Part shown: positions 21,188 through 31,290 of the stretch, in pieces
How the letters are laid out: each line of letters starts with the position of its first letter
Numbering within the stretch: position 1 is the first letter of the stretch
Source of the DNA: an uncultured bacterium
Lineage (GTDB): Bacteria; Myxococcota_A; UBA796; CAJQPC01
DNA: 64,000 nucleotides
Direction of reading: 5' to 3'
Assembly (NCBI GenBank): GCA_905480105.1
Contig: CAJQPC010000071.1
Span: 55,594 to 119,593 of the forward strand
Notes under the pieces: generated by a model
Told to the model about the DNA's origin: nothing
Database searches by the model: none
The model's input: the letters and a program-made list of their open reading frames with translations, nothing else
Program-made: the position numbers and the translations under genes

Positions 21188-21948
21188 TCCTTACCTTGTT
21201 AGCCTGCTCGACGAGCGAGCCTGGCATAGGCGGCGGCGGCCAAGACACCTCTTTTGACTACGTCGCCACGTCGCCAGAGCTGCAAGGCCAAGACGCCGCA
21301 GCCCGGGCACAGTCGCTCTTGGATGCGGGTCTGCCTGCGGGGGCAACGCTGGTTCAAAGCTGGACCGATATCGTGGACACCTATGCAGACGCCCAGTGTC
21401 CGGAACGCGTGGACTACTCCATGCTGGATGCCCCCTTCGGCTGCGCATCCAGCACCGGCGCCTACTTTTCAGGGATGACAGGGCTAAAGCACGTTGGCAA
21501 CAGCATCGAACTGGTCTGCGACGCCTATGTGGTGACCCCCGACGGAGAGCGATTTGAGTGCGGGGGCGAGATCATTCAGTTGGTCGACCCAAGCGGTCGT
21601 GGACGCTGGACCTTGATGGTGGGTACCTTTGGCTGGATGTCCCAGCCCCTTCAGAGCGGCGGCGCCTACAGCGCTGCTTTGCGCATCGAGGCCCGCACCG
21701 ACGGCACTCTGGTGCTGAATGGGGGGCTCGGCCATAGCGGGCTGGCGATAAACTTTGAGGCATTGGAGTGGCGCGGGGAGGTCCGGAGCGGAGCCCTCTC
21801 CGTGCACAGCGACGAAGGGTGGTACCGCTCGGTCCTGGGACCAGCTGGCTGCGGGAGCTGGGTGTTCGAGGCCGGTGGCGCCGTGGGGCAGGGCTGCGTG
21901 GAGCTTGAGCCGGCGATCCAGGCTTGGCTGACCGGAGTGGGCCTGTGA
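21184..21948 (+). CDS. hypothetical lipoprotein
   Basis: ILTLLACSTSEPG lipobox-like; GTG at 21184 overlaps the previous stop. Confidence 0.6.
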   Translation: MILTLLACSTSEPGIGGGGQDTSFDYVATSPELQGQDAAARAQSLLDAGLPAGATLVQSWTDIVDTYADAQCPERVDYSMLDAPFGCASSTGAYFSGMTGLKHVGNSIELVCDAYVVTPDGERFECGGEIIQLVDPSGRGRWTLMVGTFGWMSQPLQSGGAYSAALRIEARTDGTLVLNGGLGHSGLAINFEALEWRGEVRSGALSVHSDEGWYRSVLGPAGCGSWVFEAGGAVGQGCVELEPAIQAWLTGVGL

Positions 21949-23540
21949 TGCTCTGGGCCTGGCTGGCTTGCGCTCCGGAACCCGATCTGGTTCCCCTGGA
22001 TAGCCCACGCCTATTGCGCCGCGTATCCCTGGATCTCAGGGGAATGCTGCCGAGCCAGGCTGAGCTGGATGCGGTGGAGAAGGACCCCAAAGCTCTAAAC
22101 GGAATCCGGGCCGACTACCTGGAAGACCCCGCATTCCAGGAACGGCTCGTCCAGATCTTCGCTGAGCGCTGGCACACCCGAGTGGAGAGCTACTACATCT
22201 TTCACACCGAGTTCCAACACCTGGACAGCCCCGAGATGGAGCACCCCTTCGAGGCGTCTATTGGAGAGGAGCCCCTCCGCCTACTGGCCCATGTGGTGGC
22301 CCAGGACAGGCCCTGGGGCGAGGTCGTGCACGCCGACTACAGCTTTGCAAACCCGCTGCTCGCGAGCATCTGGCCGCTCGCCTGGGAGGAGGGAGACGTG
22401 GGTTGGCAGAAGACCTACTACACCGATGGCCGACCCACCGCTGGGGTGCTGAGCAGCAACGGACTGTGGTGGCGCTACCAGACCACATTGACGGGAAACA
22501 ACCGGGGCCGGGCCAACGCCATCGCCCGGCTGCTGGTTTGTGATGACTATGCCACCCGGCAGGTGGATTTTGAGAACCTTCCCCCCCTCTCCGACGAGGC
22601 CGCTTTAGAAGCCGCCATCAAAAACGTTCCGACCTGCACCAGCTGCCACGCCACCCTGGACCCTATCGCCAGCACCTTGTTCGGCTTTTGGCTCTCCGTC
22701 CAGGACAGCGCGACAGAGCTGAGCACCTACCACACAGAGCGAGAGGCCATGGGTCCGCTGTTGCTGGAGGTAGAGCCCGCATGGTTTGGAACGCCCGTGC
22801 GTGATCTGGAAGGGCTGGGGCACGCGATCTCCCAGGATCCACGCTTCTCCCAGTGCGCGATCCAGTCCATGGCCGAGGCCACTTGGCGCAGACCGGTGGA
22901 CCCCGTTCAAGATCTACCGCGCATGCAAGCCCTCCAACAAGTCTATGGCGCCCACAATGGGCAGCTCAAACAGGTGATTCTGGCCCTGACCCAGACCCCT
23001 GAGTACCAAGCAGGCGCCTTTGGGGTGGGCGCCACCGACCAGCAGCGGGAGACCGAGCGCACCACCCGCATGCTCACCCCTGCACAGCTCACGGTGAGCA
23101 TTGAGGACCTGACTGGCTTTGTCTGGATGGACACCGGTTTTGACCAGCTGGACAACGACAAACTGGGTTTTCGCACCATGGCTGGCGGGGTGGATGGCGT
23201 GAACACGACGGTGCCCCTGCACACGCCAAGCCTAAGCACCACTCTGGTGGCTCAGCGGCTCGCAGAGGGCGCCGCATTCCACGTCATGACCGGGGAGCCC
23301 TTTGCGCTGGGGGGACTGTTGGAGGGAGCCGACCTGGCCTCGCGGCCGGGGGACCGTGACTTTGATGCGGTTCTGGAACGCCTGGTGTGGCGCACGCAAG
23401 GGGTCCGTCCGGACAAGGAGCAACTCCAAGACCTGGGTACGCTCTGGCTGGATCTGAGAGCTCTGGACGGAACATCAACCCTTGCGTGGCAGGGAACCTT
23501 GTCCGCCCTAATGCGCGACCCCGCGTTCTTGAGCTACTGA
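21948..23540 (+). CDS. DUF1549/DUF1588-like secreted protein
   Basis: LLRRVSLDLRGMLPSQAELDAVEKD...YLEDPAFQERLVQIFAERWHTRV; CTSCHATLDPIASTLFGF (CxxCH); partner DUF1501 gene follows. Confidence 0.7.
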   Translation: MLWAWLACAPEPDLVPLDSPRLLRRVSLDLRGMLPSQAELDAVEKDPKALNGIRADYLEDPAFQERLVQIFAERWHTRVESYYIFHTEFQHLDSPEMEHPFEASIGEEPLRLLAHVVAQDRPWGEVVHADYSFANPLLASIWPLAWEEGDVGWQKTYYTDGRPTAGVLSSNGLWWRYQTTLTGNNRGRANAIARLLVCDDYATRQVDFENLPPLSDEAALEAAIKNVPTCTSCHATLDPIASTLFGFWLSVQDSATELSTYHTEREAMGPLLLEVEPAWFGTPVRDLEGLGHAISQDPRFSQCAIQSMAEATWRRPVDPVQDLPRMQALQQVYGAHNGQLKQVILALTQTPEYQAGAFGVGATDQQRETERTTRMLTPAQLTVSIEDLTGFVWMDTGFDQLDNDKLGFRTMAGGVDGVNTTVPLHTPSLSTTLVAQRLAEGAAFHVMTGEPFALGGLLEGADLASRPGDRDFDAVLERLVWRTQGVRPDKEQLQDLGTLWLDLRALDGTSTLAWQGTLSALMRDPAFLSY

Positions 23541-24775
23541 TGCTGTCCAGACGCCAACTTCTGGCCGCCGCAAGCGCAGGGCTGATGCTCCCATTGATCG
23601 GAAACGGCTCAGGCACAACAAAAAGGCGACTCCTGGTGATCTACGCGATGGGGGGATGGGACCCCACCTGGGTGTTCACGGATGTCTTGGGCCACCCGAG
23701 CTTCTTTTACGACCAGAGCGCCCAGATGGCAGAGGGCCAAGCCGGTCTGCCTTTCGTAGACAGTCCCGATCGACCTGCAGTCCGTACCTTCTTTGAGCGC
23801 TTTGGCGCGAAGACCAGCTTGATCAACGGCATGCGAGTACCCGGCCTGACTCACCCGGCTGCTCTGAAGCTGCTGATGACGGACAGCAATGCACCCAGCG
23901 CACCCGACTGGGCGAGCCTCATCGCCGCACATGCCAGCGAGCTGGAGCTTCCCTTGGTGGTGTCCAGTGGGCCCATCTTTCCAGGGCCCCACGGCGCACA
24001 GATCACCCGATTGGGACAGAGCGGCCAGCTGGTAAAGCTCCTGGACGGCACCGCCCTGGCTGGCTCCGCCTTAGCTGCTGAACCCCTGGACGTGAGCGCA
24101 TCCGACGCTGTGGACGCCTACCTGTCCGAACGCGCCTCGCAGCTACCGGAGAGCGCCTTTACCCAGGACTACACGCGGGCCTTGGACCGCGTGGCCCAGC
24201 TGAGTCGACTGCAGGACCAACTTGACCTGAGCATCGAGTACGACGAGGACCTGTCTGTCGCCGAACGCTTGCGGCCCGCCTTGGACTGCATGGAGGCCGG
24301 GCTGAGCCGAGTGGTGTCCACCGCTCACATGGGTTTCCGCTCCGGCTGGGACCACCACTCAGGCATTGAGCAACAGTCTGGGCACTACCAAATCCTGTTC
24401 ACGGATCTGGTGGATATCTTGGACTCCATGGAGCGTCGGCCCGGCCTTGCAGGCGGCAGTCTGCTCGATGAAACCGCTGTGCTGGTGTGCAGCGAGATGG
24501 GCCGCGCTCCCATCGTAAACGGTGCCGGGGGCAAGGACCATTGGGTGTTCACCACCGCGATGCTCATCGGCTCCGGCGTTCAAGGCGGCCAGGTCATCGG
24601 AAGCTACAATGCGGATTTTGAAGGACAAGCCATCGACCTTCGCACCGGGCTTGTCGATGCCCAGGGCAGCCTCTTTGACTCCGGCCACTTGGGCGCCACT
24701 CTGTGCGAACTAATGGGAGTGCCACAGCCCGCACAGATCAACGGGAAGGCCCCCTTGGAGGCCATCCTGAGTTAG
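23540..24775 (+). CDS. DUF1501-like protein
   Basis: MLSRRQLLAAASAGLMLPL signal; LLVIYAMGGWDPTW; DSMERRPGLAGGSLLDETAVLVCSEMGRAPIVNGAGGKDHW. Confidence 0.85.
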   Translation: MLSRRQLLAAASAGLMLPLIGNGSGTTKRRLLVIYAMGGWDPTWVFTDVLGHPSFFYDQSAQMAEGQAGLPFVDSPDRPAVRTFFERFGAKTSLINGMRVPGLTHPAALKLLMTDSNAPSAPDWASLIAAHASELELPLVVSSGPIFPGPHGAQITRLGQSGQLVKLLDGTALAGSALAAEPLDVSASDAVDAYLSERASQLPESAFTQDYTRALDRVAQLSRLQDQLDLSIEYDEDLSVAERLRPALDCMEAGLSRVVSTAHMGFRSGWDHHSGIEQQSGHYQILFTDLVDILDSMERRPGLAGGSLLDETAVLVCSEMGRAPIVNGAGGKDHWVFTTAMLIGSGVQGGQVIGSYNADFEGQAIDLRTGLVDAQGSLFDSGHLGATLCELMGVPQPAQINGKAPLEAILS

Positions 24776-24787
24776 CGGCTGGCCCTC

Positions 24788-26035
24788 TTAGAGATCCGAA
24801 ACCGAGGCGCTGGCCAAGAAACCTGCGCCAGCCGCGAAGAGCGTTCCGTCAACCACTTGGCACTGAAACAAGGCGTTGAACTTGGAGTCCAGGTTGGTCA
24901 TGACAATGTCCGCGGTCAGGTCCGTCCACGAGCTGCCGCCGTCTTTGGAGACGGCCAGCCAGCCGGCATCGTCCTGGGTGTCAGCCCCGACGGCCACCAC
25001 GAAGTTGTCGTCACCGCGGCAGACCATACGGGTCCAGGTGGAGTGCCCCAGCCCAGCCGGATCTGCGTACTCGACCACCGTGCTCATGTCGGTCTCGGTC
25101 CAGTTGGCCGCCTGATAAGCACTGCTCTTCCAGTCGCTGCCGATGGTGTAAACCATGCCGCGATCGCCATCCTGATCCACGCAGCCAACAGCCAGTCCGT
25201 CAGCGTTGCCATCGATCCCCCAGCACTCGCCGTCCCAGACGCTAAAGGACTCGGAGTTGAGCACCACGCTCTCCCACATCTGGTCAGCCAAGTCGTCGCC
25301 GCTGGAGTCGGAGCCAAAGTCGAAGGAGCGCGGAGGCAAGTAGACCACCGGTGGGTAGTTGATGGTGGAACCCACACCCAGGATCTCATCGTCTACAACC
25401 GTCATGTCCAAGACCTGGACATGACCATCCTCACCCGAGCCGTTCCACCAGCCGTAGCCGCTGGCCCAGCCGTCGTTCTCCGCGTGCGTGCTCTGCCAGG
25501 AGCTGTCGTTGTAATGGTTCACCACGATGCCGGTTCCGGTCAGGGACTCCGCAACCATGGTGGTGGAGTTGCGCGCAAAGGAACCTGCCGTGAAGGAGAA
25601 GTCCACATTGGTACCGTTCGTGTACAAAGCGTTCAAGGCGCCGGTGGAGGTGTCCAGGCTGATCACGCGATAGCTGCTGTCCCCTTCTCCAGCGACGTAG
25701 AGCAGGCCTTCGGCTCCGCGGGAGATGTGGTCGACGCGCATGGTGGCAAAGTAGCCGCCCGCTTCATCCGCGGGAGCGGACCAAGTGGCGCCTGCGTCGG
25801 AGGTCATGAACAGACCGTCACCCTCGGCGTTCTGGCCGCAACCTACGTAGCAGGTCGTTGCGTTGTCACACAGCAGCGCGTCTACGCGGCTGCCAGAACA
25901 AGGCGTGTTGCCTAGGGTCCAAACATCGCCGCTGACAAGTGCAGTATCGGTGGCAGGGTCAGCGTCGCCCCCGTTTGTGCAGCCGATAAGGGTGCTTAGG
26001 CAGGCAACAGCGGCAACACAGAGAAGATTGCGCAT
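24788..26035 (-). CDS. secreted BNR/sialidase-like beta-propeller lipoprotein
   Basis: LLCVAAVACLSTLIGCTNG lipobox; FMTSDAGATWSAP, AVSKDGGSSWTDL BNR-type repeats. Confidence 0.65.
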   Translation of the reverse strand: MRNLLCVAAVACLSTLIGCTNGGDADPATDTALVSGDVWTLGNTPCSGSRVDALLCDNATTCYVGCGQNAEGDGLFMTSDAGATWSAPADEAGGYFATMRVDHISRGAEGLLYVAGEGDSSYRVISLDTSTGALNALYTNGTNVDFSFTAGSFARNSTTMVAESLTGTGIVVNHYNDSSWQSTHAENDGWASGYGWWNGSGEDGHVQVLDMTVVDDEILGVGSTINYPPVVYLPPRSFDFGSDSSGDDLADQMWESVVLNSESFSVWDGECWGIDGNADGLAVGCVDQDGDRGMVYTIGSDWKSSAYQAANWTETDMSTVVEYADPAGLGHSTWTRMVCRGDDNFVVAVGADTQDDAGWLAVSKDGGSSWTDLTADIVMTNLDSKFNALFQCQVVDGTLFAAGAGFLASASVSDL

Positions 26036-26239
26036 GATTCAATTCCCCAAAGGAAAGGAGTTCAAAGGCCCATACCGGGCCGCGTGGCTAAGATAGCGGC
26101 TTGGAGGAGCCAGCGCCCCAACGTACAGGCCGACATCCCAATATCGTCGTGGAGAAAGCCAGATTTACAGCTCTCGTCGTTGGTGCTCCCCCACGGGACC
26201 CGACACCCACGGGGTCAGACCAAGCGCCCCAAAGGCCGA

Positions 26240-26797
26240 CTATCCCGGACGACAGAGACTAAAGAAAGCCCCTTCCACCTTTCCATTTCGGTAAGCTTTG
26301 GAGATGATCAGGTCATTGCTCAGGCGCCGGACGACGTCCTTCATGCCACCGTAGACCAGCTTGTTGGTGCCCGAGTCGTTGCTGGCCAGCTGGGGAAAGC
26401 TTTCCGGAGCCGAATCGGCCTGCCAAAGGTAGTCGAAAATCAGTTGCTCACCGTGTTCGTCGCCACAGATCCGGGTCAGGTAGTGCCCCGGGCCACCAAA
26501 CCAAGCGGCAATACCAGAGTTGACGTTGTAGCCCTGGATCCGCCCCTCGTGATTGGCGAAGGCCTTGGCAAAATCGTTGAAGGCCGGCAGGCTGTTTCTC
26601 CCGGCCCACGTGCACTCCCCGCCTTGAGGAGTCAGAAAGAACTCTGGGGTGACATCCCGGCCCTCGGCCAGCTCATAGAGCCGTGTCATGGTGGCCTTTT
26701 TCAGGGTGCGCATCCATGCCAAGCGCTCCGCTGGGCTTGCGGCATCCAAGGCTGCCTCCAAGTCCGCCAAGGTGCAGTCAACTGGGCTGGGAATCAT
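26240..26797 (-). CDS. hypothetical protein
   Basis: Start chosen at internal Met (MIPSPVDCTLADLEAAL...) within the longer ORF, divergent from the 26847 gene. Confidence 0.55.
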   Translation of the reverse strand: MIPSPVDCTLADLEAALDAASPAERLAWMRTLKKATMTRLYELAEGRDVTPEFFLTPQGGECTWAGRNSLPAFNDFAKAFANHEGRIQGYNVNSGIAAWFGGPGHYLTRICGDEHGEQLIFDYLWQADSAPESFPQLASNDSGTNKLVYGGMKDVVRRLSNDLIISKAYRNGKVEGAFFSLCRPG

Positions 26798-26846
26798 TCG
26801 GCCTCCGGGCAATGCCGCTATCATACAGCGTAGGAGGCCGCGATCT

Positions 26847-27728
26847 ATGACCTGCACCCTCGCTCTGATGGGCACACTCTTCGCCACGATGCTCGGCTGC
26901 ACCAAAGACAGCAATCTTGACGATACAAGCCCCACGGGCGGAGACGACACCCAGCTCGATGACGACACCGGAGAGCTGGCCGAGGTTCTGCACGGAGAGT
27001 CTGTGGTTTTCCACAACGGCACCCAGTTCGTGTCCTTTGAGAACGTGAACTACGCGCTCTCAGAGGTGTCGATGGGCACCCAGGAACTGGGCAGCGGCAG
27101 CAGCTGGACGGCCCTGGCGGACTTTGATGGCGACGCCCGAGACGACATCTGGCAGCTCCCGGACGGCGGGGACAAGGCCAGCATCTTCATCAACGACGGG
27201 CAAGGGACATGGACGACCGCCGCGGATTTTGGGCCGGACACCAACGTGTCCAGCAAGCGTCCCGTGGTGGCCGGAGATTTCAACGGCGACGGCAAGGACG
27301 ACATCGGCCTCTTCAACACCACTGGCGGCCGATTCCTGGTCTATCCACTCGTTGTTACTGAGTTCTCATTGGACGACAAGGTGGGTACGGAGACCTCGCT
27401 TGGCACGGTTGGAACCTACATTGCGGCCGACATGAACGGCGATGGAACCGACGACATTGTCCAGCTGGCAGGATCAGACGTCCGCATCTACCGCGTCGTA
27501 AACATGATCCTAGTGGACGTGGAGACCCCCTGGTGGGAGGGCCGCGTTCCTGGTGCCGTGCACGCCTTTGGCATCGATCTGAACGACGATGGACAGGCTG
27601 AGCTGGCCACTTGGTCCGGCACCAAGCTGACGGTCTTCGGGGTTGCAGAGCTGGGCCCCGACCTGGAGAGCTCCGTGGAGTTCCAGCTGAGTTCCTCCGG
27701 CACACCGCACGCGGCAAAGATTCGCTAA
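26847..27728 (+). CDS. lipoprotein with FG-GAP/VCBS-like repeats
   Basis: ALMGTLFATMLGCTKD lipobox; DFDGDARDDIW, GDFNGDGKDDIGLF, ADMNGDGTDDIVQL repeats. Confidence 0.75.
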   Translation: MTCTLALMGTLFATMLGCTKDSNLDDTSPTGGDDTQLDDDTGELAEVLHGESVVFHNGTQFVSFENVNYALSEVSMGTQELGSGSSWTALADFDGDARDDIWQLPDGGDKASIFINDGQGTWTTAADFGPDTNVSSKRPVVAGDFNGDGKDDIGLFNTTGGRFLVYPLVVTEFSLDDKVGTETSLGTVGTYIAADMNGDGTDDIVQLAGSDVRIYRVVNMILVDVETPWWEGRVPGAVHAFGIDLNDDGQAELATWSGTKLTVFGVAELGPDLESSVEFQLSSSGTPHAAKIR

Positions 27729-27773
27729 ACAGACCGGACTGACCGATTCCCTTGGACCCGGTTAGCCGAGCGC

Positions 27774-30644
27774 ATGGATCTGACTCCCCTGTTCAAGACC
27801 TTGCGCGCCAACGTCTCCGAGCGCATCTGGGACGCCGGCATTCGCCTGCACCGGGCCGGCGTGGTGCAAGGCCGCAGCCACGACGACGACGAGATCTTTC
27901 TGTGGGTGAGCTCCGCCGGGCGCTCCGAGCCCTTGGAAGTCTATCTGTACCCAGCAGACAAGGAATGGGCCTGCGACTGTGGTTTTGACCAAGGCTGCGG
28001 TCACGTGGTCGCCTGCGTCCTGGCTGTTCGAGACAGCCAAGGCACCGGCTCTCTGCTGCCCAAGCCCGCTGGGGTGCCGGTCATCGAATACCGCATCACT
28101 GCGGACCAGACCGGATGGCTAAACCTGCAGCGCTTTCGGGCCCAAGGTGGAAACCGCTCCCCCATCAATGGGCGACTGGCCAAGCACGGGGCCCTGCGGC
28201 CTACCCCTGCGGACCGCATCGCAGACCAGGTGCTCTCTTTGGGCTCAACCCGTCTTCCCAGAGCAGGCTGGGTGCGAATGTTAGAGGCCTGGGCAAGCGA
28301 CAAGAGCCCAGTCTTTGTCGACGATGTCCAGGTGCAACCTCGTGTTGAGCCGCTGACCCCAGTGTTGATGGTTCGGGACGAGGGCCGCGGCTTTAAGCTG
28401 AGCTTGCATCGGGACAAAGCGGTGGATCGCGGATTCAAGGATGGCGTGGTTCTGGACAAAGACAGCGCTCTGCGTCCCTACTCACAGGGCGGACTGGCTC
28501 CCCACGAGCGCCGCAACCTGGCCCAGGGCATGCTCTTTAGCCCGGACCAGGCCGCCCACTTGGTCGGGGAGCTCCTGCCCAGCTTTGAGGGCCGCCTACG
28601 CATCAAAGTGCTCACCTCCCGCCTGCCCACCGCCGAGCGCTCCAAGCCACGCCTGAGCCTGAACCTGAACCCCACCAAGACCGCCCTTGAGGTCCGGGTG
28701 GACATTGTCTACGGGGACCCGCCCGTGGCCAAGGTAGAGCGCGGGGAGCTTCACATTCTCTCAGAAGGAAGCATCCCCCTGCGAGACCGAGCCGCCGAGC
28801 GACAGCTGATATCCCAAGTGGAGAGGATGCAGCTTCCTCTGGGCCGCGAGGTCACCCTGAACGAAGAAGACGCCATCCGCTTTGTGCGGGACCGTCTGGG
28901 CGCCTTTGATGGCCAAGTTCGGGGCAGCGCAAAGAAGTTCCAGGTGCGGCGGGAGCCGGTGCGACTGGACTTTGATGGGGAGCGGCTGACCTCGGAGGCG
29001 GAGCTGGGGCCGATGGTGGCGGCATGGAGAGCGGGCAAGAGCCTGGTACCCCTGACCGGTGGAGGTTTTGCTCCTCTTCCACGCGCGCTACTAGAAGCCC
29101 ACGGGGAGCTGGTCGCGGACTTGGTTTCCGCAAAAGGCAAAACCGACAAGTTGCCAGCCCACGCGACCTTTGCGGCCGCCAAGCTGGCCGAGGCCCTAAA
29201 CGCCCCACCCCCCCTGGGATTGGCCAAGCTCAAGCCACTGCTGGAAGACTTTGATGGACTTCCCCCAGCGCGGCTTCCAAAGGGATTGGTGGCGACCTTA
29301 AGGCCCTACCAAGAGCTTGGGGTTCGCTGGTTGGGCTTTCTGGCGCAGGCCGAGCTGGGCGGAATTTTGGCCGACGACATGGGCCTGGGAAAGACCCTGC
29401 AGGCGCTCACCGCTCTAACCACCGTTCTACAGGACCAAGGTGGCAAAGCTCTAGTCGTGGCACCCACCTCCATCCTTCGGAACTGGCAGCGCGAAGCACA
29501 CAAGTTTGTGCCAGAGCTGAAGACCTGCGTCTTTCATGGCAGCAACCGCAAGCTGGATCCCGCGGCCGACTTGGTGATCACCTCCTACGCCCTGATGCGG
29601 CTGGACCCAAAGATATTCGATGCACGCTGGACCCTGGCGATTTTGGACGAGGCCCAGGCCATCAAGAACCCCGAGTCTCAGACTGCTCAGGCGGCCTTTG
29701 CCTTGAGCGCCAAGCACCGCTGGAGCCTGACCGGAACGCCGGTCGAGAACCGCCTGGACGAGCTCTGGAGTCAGCTCAATTTCTCGACCCCCGGGCTGTT
29801 GGGAGGTCGAAAGGACTTTCAGCGCTACACCGCGCGGGCTGTCGAGTCCGGAGACCGTCGCGCGGCCGAACGGCTGCGAGCCAAGATCGCCCCATTTGTG
29901 CTGCGCAGACACAAGTCTCAGGTAGCAACAGACCTGCCGTCTCGCACAGATGTCGTCCTGCCCTGCCCCCTGACCAAAAAGCAGCGCGAGATCTACCGCA
30001 CCGTCGCCGCCGCCGGTCGGGCCGAGGTCGCCAACATGATGGGCTCCGGTCGCGCTCTTGAGGTGCTCGAGCTGCTGCTCAGGATGCGCCAAGCGGCCTG
30101 TCATCCCCGACTACTTCCCGGCGATCGACCCGATGAATCCGGCAAACTGGACATGCTGGTCGACCGGTTGACCGACGTCATCGACAAGGGCTCCAAGGCC
30201 CTGGTCTTCTCTCAGTGGACCGGCTTTTTGGATTTGATTCAGGAGGCCTTGGTTCTGCTGGAGATCCCCTTCTGTAGGCTGGACGGCAGCACCCGGGACC
30301 GACAGGCTCAAGTAGACCGTTTCCAGAGCCAGGACGGGCCCCCCGTGTTCTTGATCTCCCTCAAGGCCGGCGGCACCGGCCTAAACCTGACCGCCGCCGA
30401 CTACGTCTTTCACACAGACCCCTGGTGGAACCCGGCCGTGGAAGACCAAGCCACCGACCGAGCCCACCGAATCGGCCAGACCAAGCCGGTGATGAGCGTC
30501 AAGCTGGTCTCCGAAGACACTGTGGAGGAGCGTATTGTGGCCCTTCAAGATGCCAAACGGGCGCTGGCGGAGGCGGCGCTGAGTGGGGAGGCGGATTGGG
30601 TGGAGCGGATTTCGAAGGACGACTTGGTGGGACTGTTTGGGTGA
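27774..30644 (+). CDS. SNF2-family helicase with SWIM zinc finger
   Basis: CDCGFDQGCGHVVACVLAV SWIM; GILADDMGLGKTLQALTAL; LAILDEAQAIKN (DEAQ); LVFSQWTGFLDLI; GGTGLNLTAADYVFHTDPWWNPAVEDQATDRAHRIGQTK. Confidence 0.97.
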   Translation: MDLTPLFKTLRANVSERIWDAGIRLHRAGVVQGRSHDDDEIFLWVSSAGRSEPLEVYLYPADKEWACDCGFDQGCGHVVACVLAVRDSQGTGSLLPKPAGVPVIEYRITADQTGWLNLQRFRAQGGNRSPINGRLAKHGALRPTPADRIADQVLSLGSTRLPRAGWVRMLEAWASDKSPVFVDDVQVQPRVEPLTPVLMVRDEGRGFKLSLHRDKAVDRGFKDGVVLDKDSALRPYSQGGLAPHERRNLAQGMLFSPDQAAHLVGELLPSFEGRLRIKVLTSRLPTAERSKPRLSLNLNPTKTALEVRVDIVYGDPPVAKVERGELHILSEGSIPLRDRAAERQLISQVERMQLPLGREVTLNEEDAIRFVRDRLGAFDGQVRGSAKKFQVRREPVRLDFDGERLTSEAELGPMVAAWRAGKSLVPLTGGGFAPLPRALLEAHGELVADLVSAKGKTDKLPAHATFAAAKLAEALNAPPPLGLAKLKPLLEDFDGLPPARLPKGLVATLRPYQELGVRWLGFLAQAELGGILADDMGLGKTLQALTALTTVLQDQGGKALVVAPTSILRNWQREAHKFVPELKTCVFHGSNRKLDPAADLVITSYALMRLDPKIFDARWTLAILDEAQAIKNPESQTAQAAFALSAKHRWSLTGTPVENRLDELWSQLNFSTPGLLGGRKDFQRYTARAVESGDRRAAERLRAKIAPFVLRRHKSQVATDLPSRTDVVLPCPLTKKQREIYRTVAAAGRAEVANMMGSGRALEVLELLLRMRQAACHPRLLPGDRPDESGKLDMLVDRLTDVIDKGSKALVFSQWTGFLDLIQEALVLLEIPFCRLDGSTRDRQAQVDRFQSQDGPPVFLISLKAGGTGLNLTAADYVFHTDPWWNPAVEDQATDRAHRIGQTKPVMSVKLVSEDTVEERIVALQDAKRALAEAALSGEADWVERISKDDLVGLFG

Positions 30645-30663
30645 AGCCAGATAGGGGCGCCTC

Positions 30664-31290
30664 ATGGAAAAACCCCGCCTCATCACCCACCGCGACGGCC
30701 TGGCTTGGCTCTGCAAGCCCGCCGGTTGGAACACTCACCCCACGGCCGAGGGCGGCATGGACGTCGTGACTTGGCTGGACACCCAGGGCAAGCTGCTCAA
30801 GGGCATGCGGCCAGCACACCGCTTGGACAAGCCCACCTCCGGGGTTTTGGTCGTTGGCCGTCGAAACGCACGCAGCCGTGTGGCATCGGCCTTTGAAGCA
30901 GGCCACTGCAAGAAAACCTACCAGGCCCTCGTATACGGACGCGTCCAGCCCATCGGACAGATCGAGCAGCCCGTAGCAGGGAAGGATGCGGTCACCCAGG
31001 TGCGTTTGATGGGTGTCTACAAGGTAGAAGGAGGTTGCGTGAGCTTGCTGGAGTTGACTCCCCAGACTGGACGAAAGCACCAGCTGCGCGTGCACCTGCA
31101 TGGCATTCGCCACCCGATCGTGGGGGACGCCCGCTACCAGCGAAACCTGGGGATCACGGACCCAAGCGCACCCAAGCGCCTTTGGCTGCACGCCGCGGCC
31201 CTGAGCATCGCCGGCAGCGACGCGGTGCGTGCGCCTCTGCCCTCAGAGCTGGGCGAGCACTTGGAACTGTTGCGACAGAACCCAGCATGA
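30664..31290 (+). CDS. RluA-family RNA pseudouridine synthase
   Basis: RPAHRLDKPTSGVLVVGR catalytic motif; GRKHQLRVHLHGIRHPIVGDARY. Confidence 0.93.
   Translation: MEKPRLITHRDGLAWLCKPAGWNTHPTAEGGMDVVTWLDTQGKLLKGMRPAHRLDKPTSGVLVVGRRNARSRVASAFEAGHCKKTYQALVYGRVQPIGQIEQPVAGKDAVTQVRLMGVYKVEGGCVSLLELTPQTGRKHQLRVHLHGIRHPIVGDARYQRNLGITDPSAPKRLWLHAAALSIAGSDAVRAPLPSELGEHLELLRQNPA

Noticed and set aside
24857-25915. 352-aa + strand ORF
   Set aside because: Antisense shadow of the BNR-type lipoprotein gene 24788..26035, with no independent motifs.
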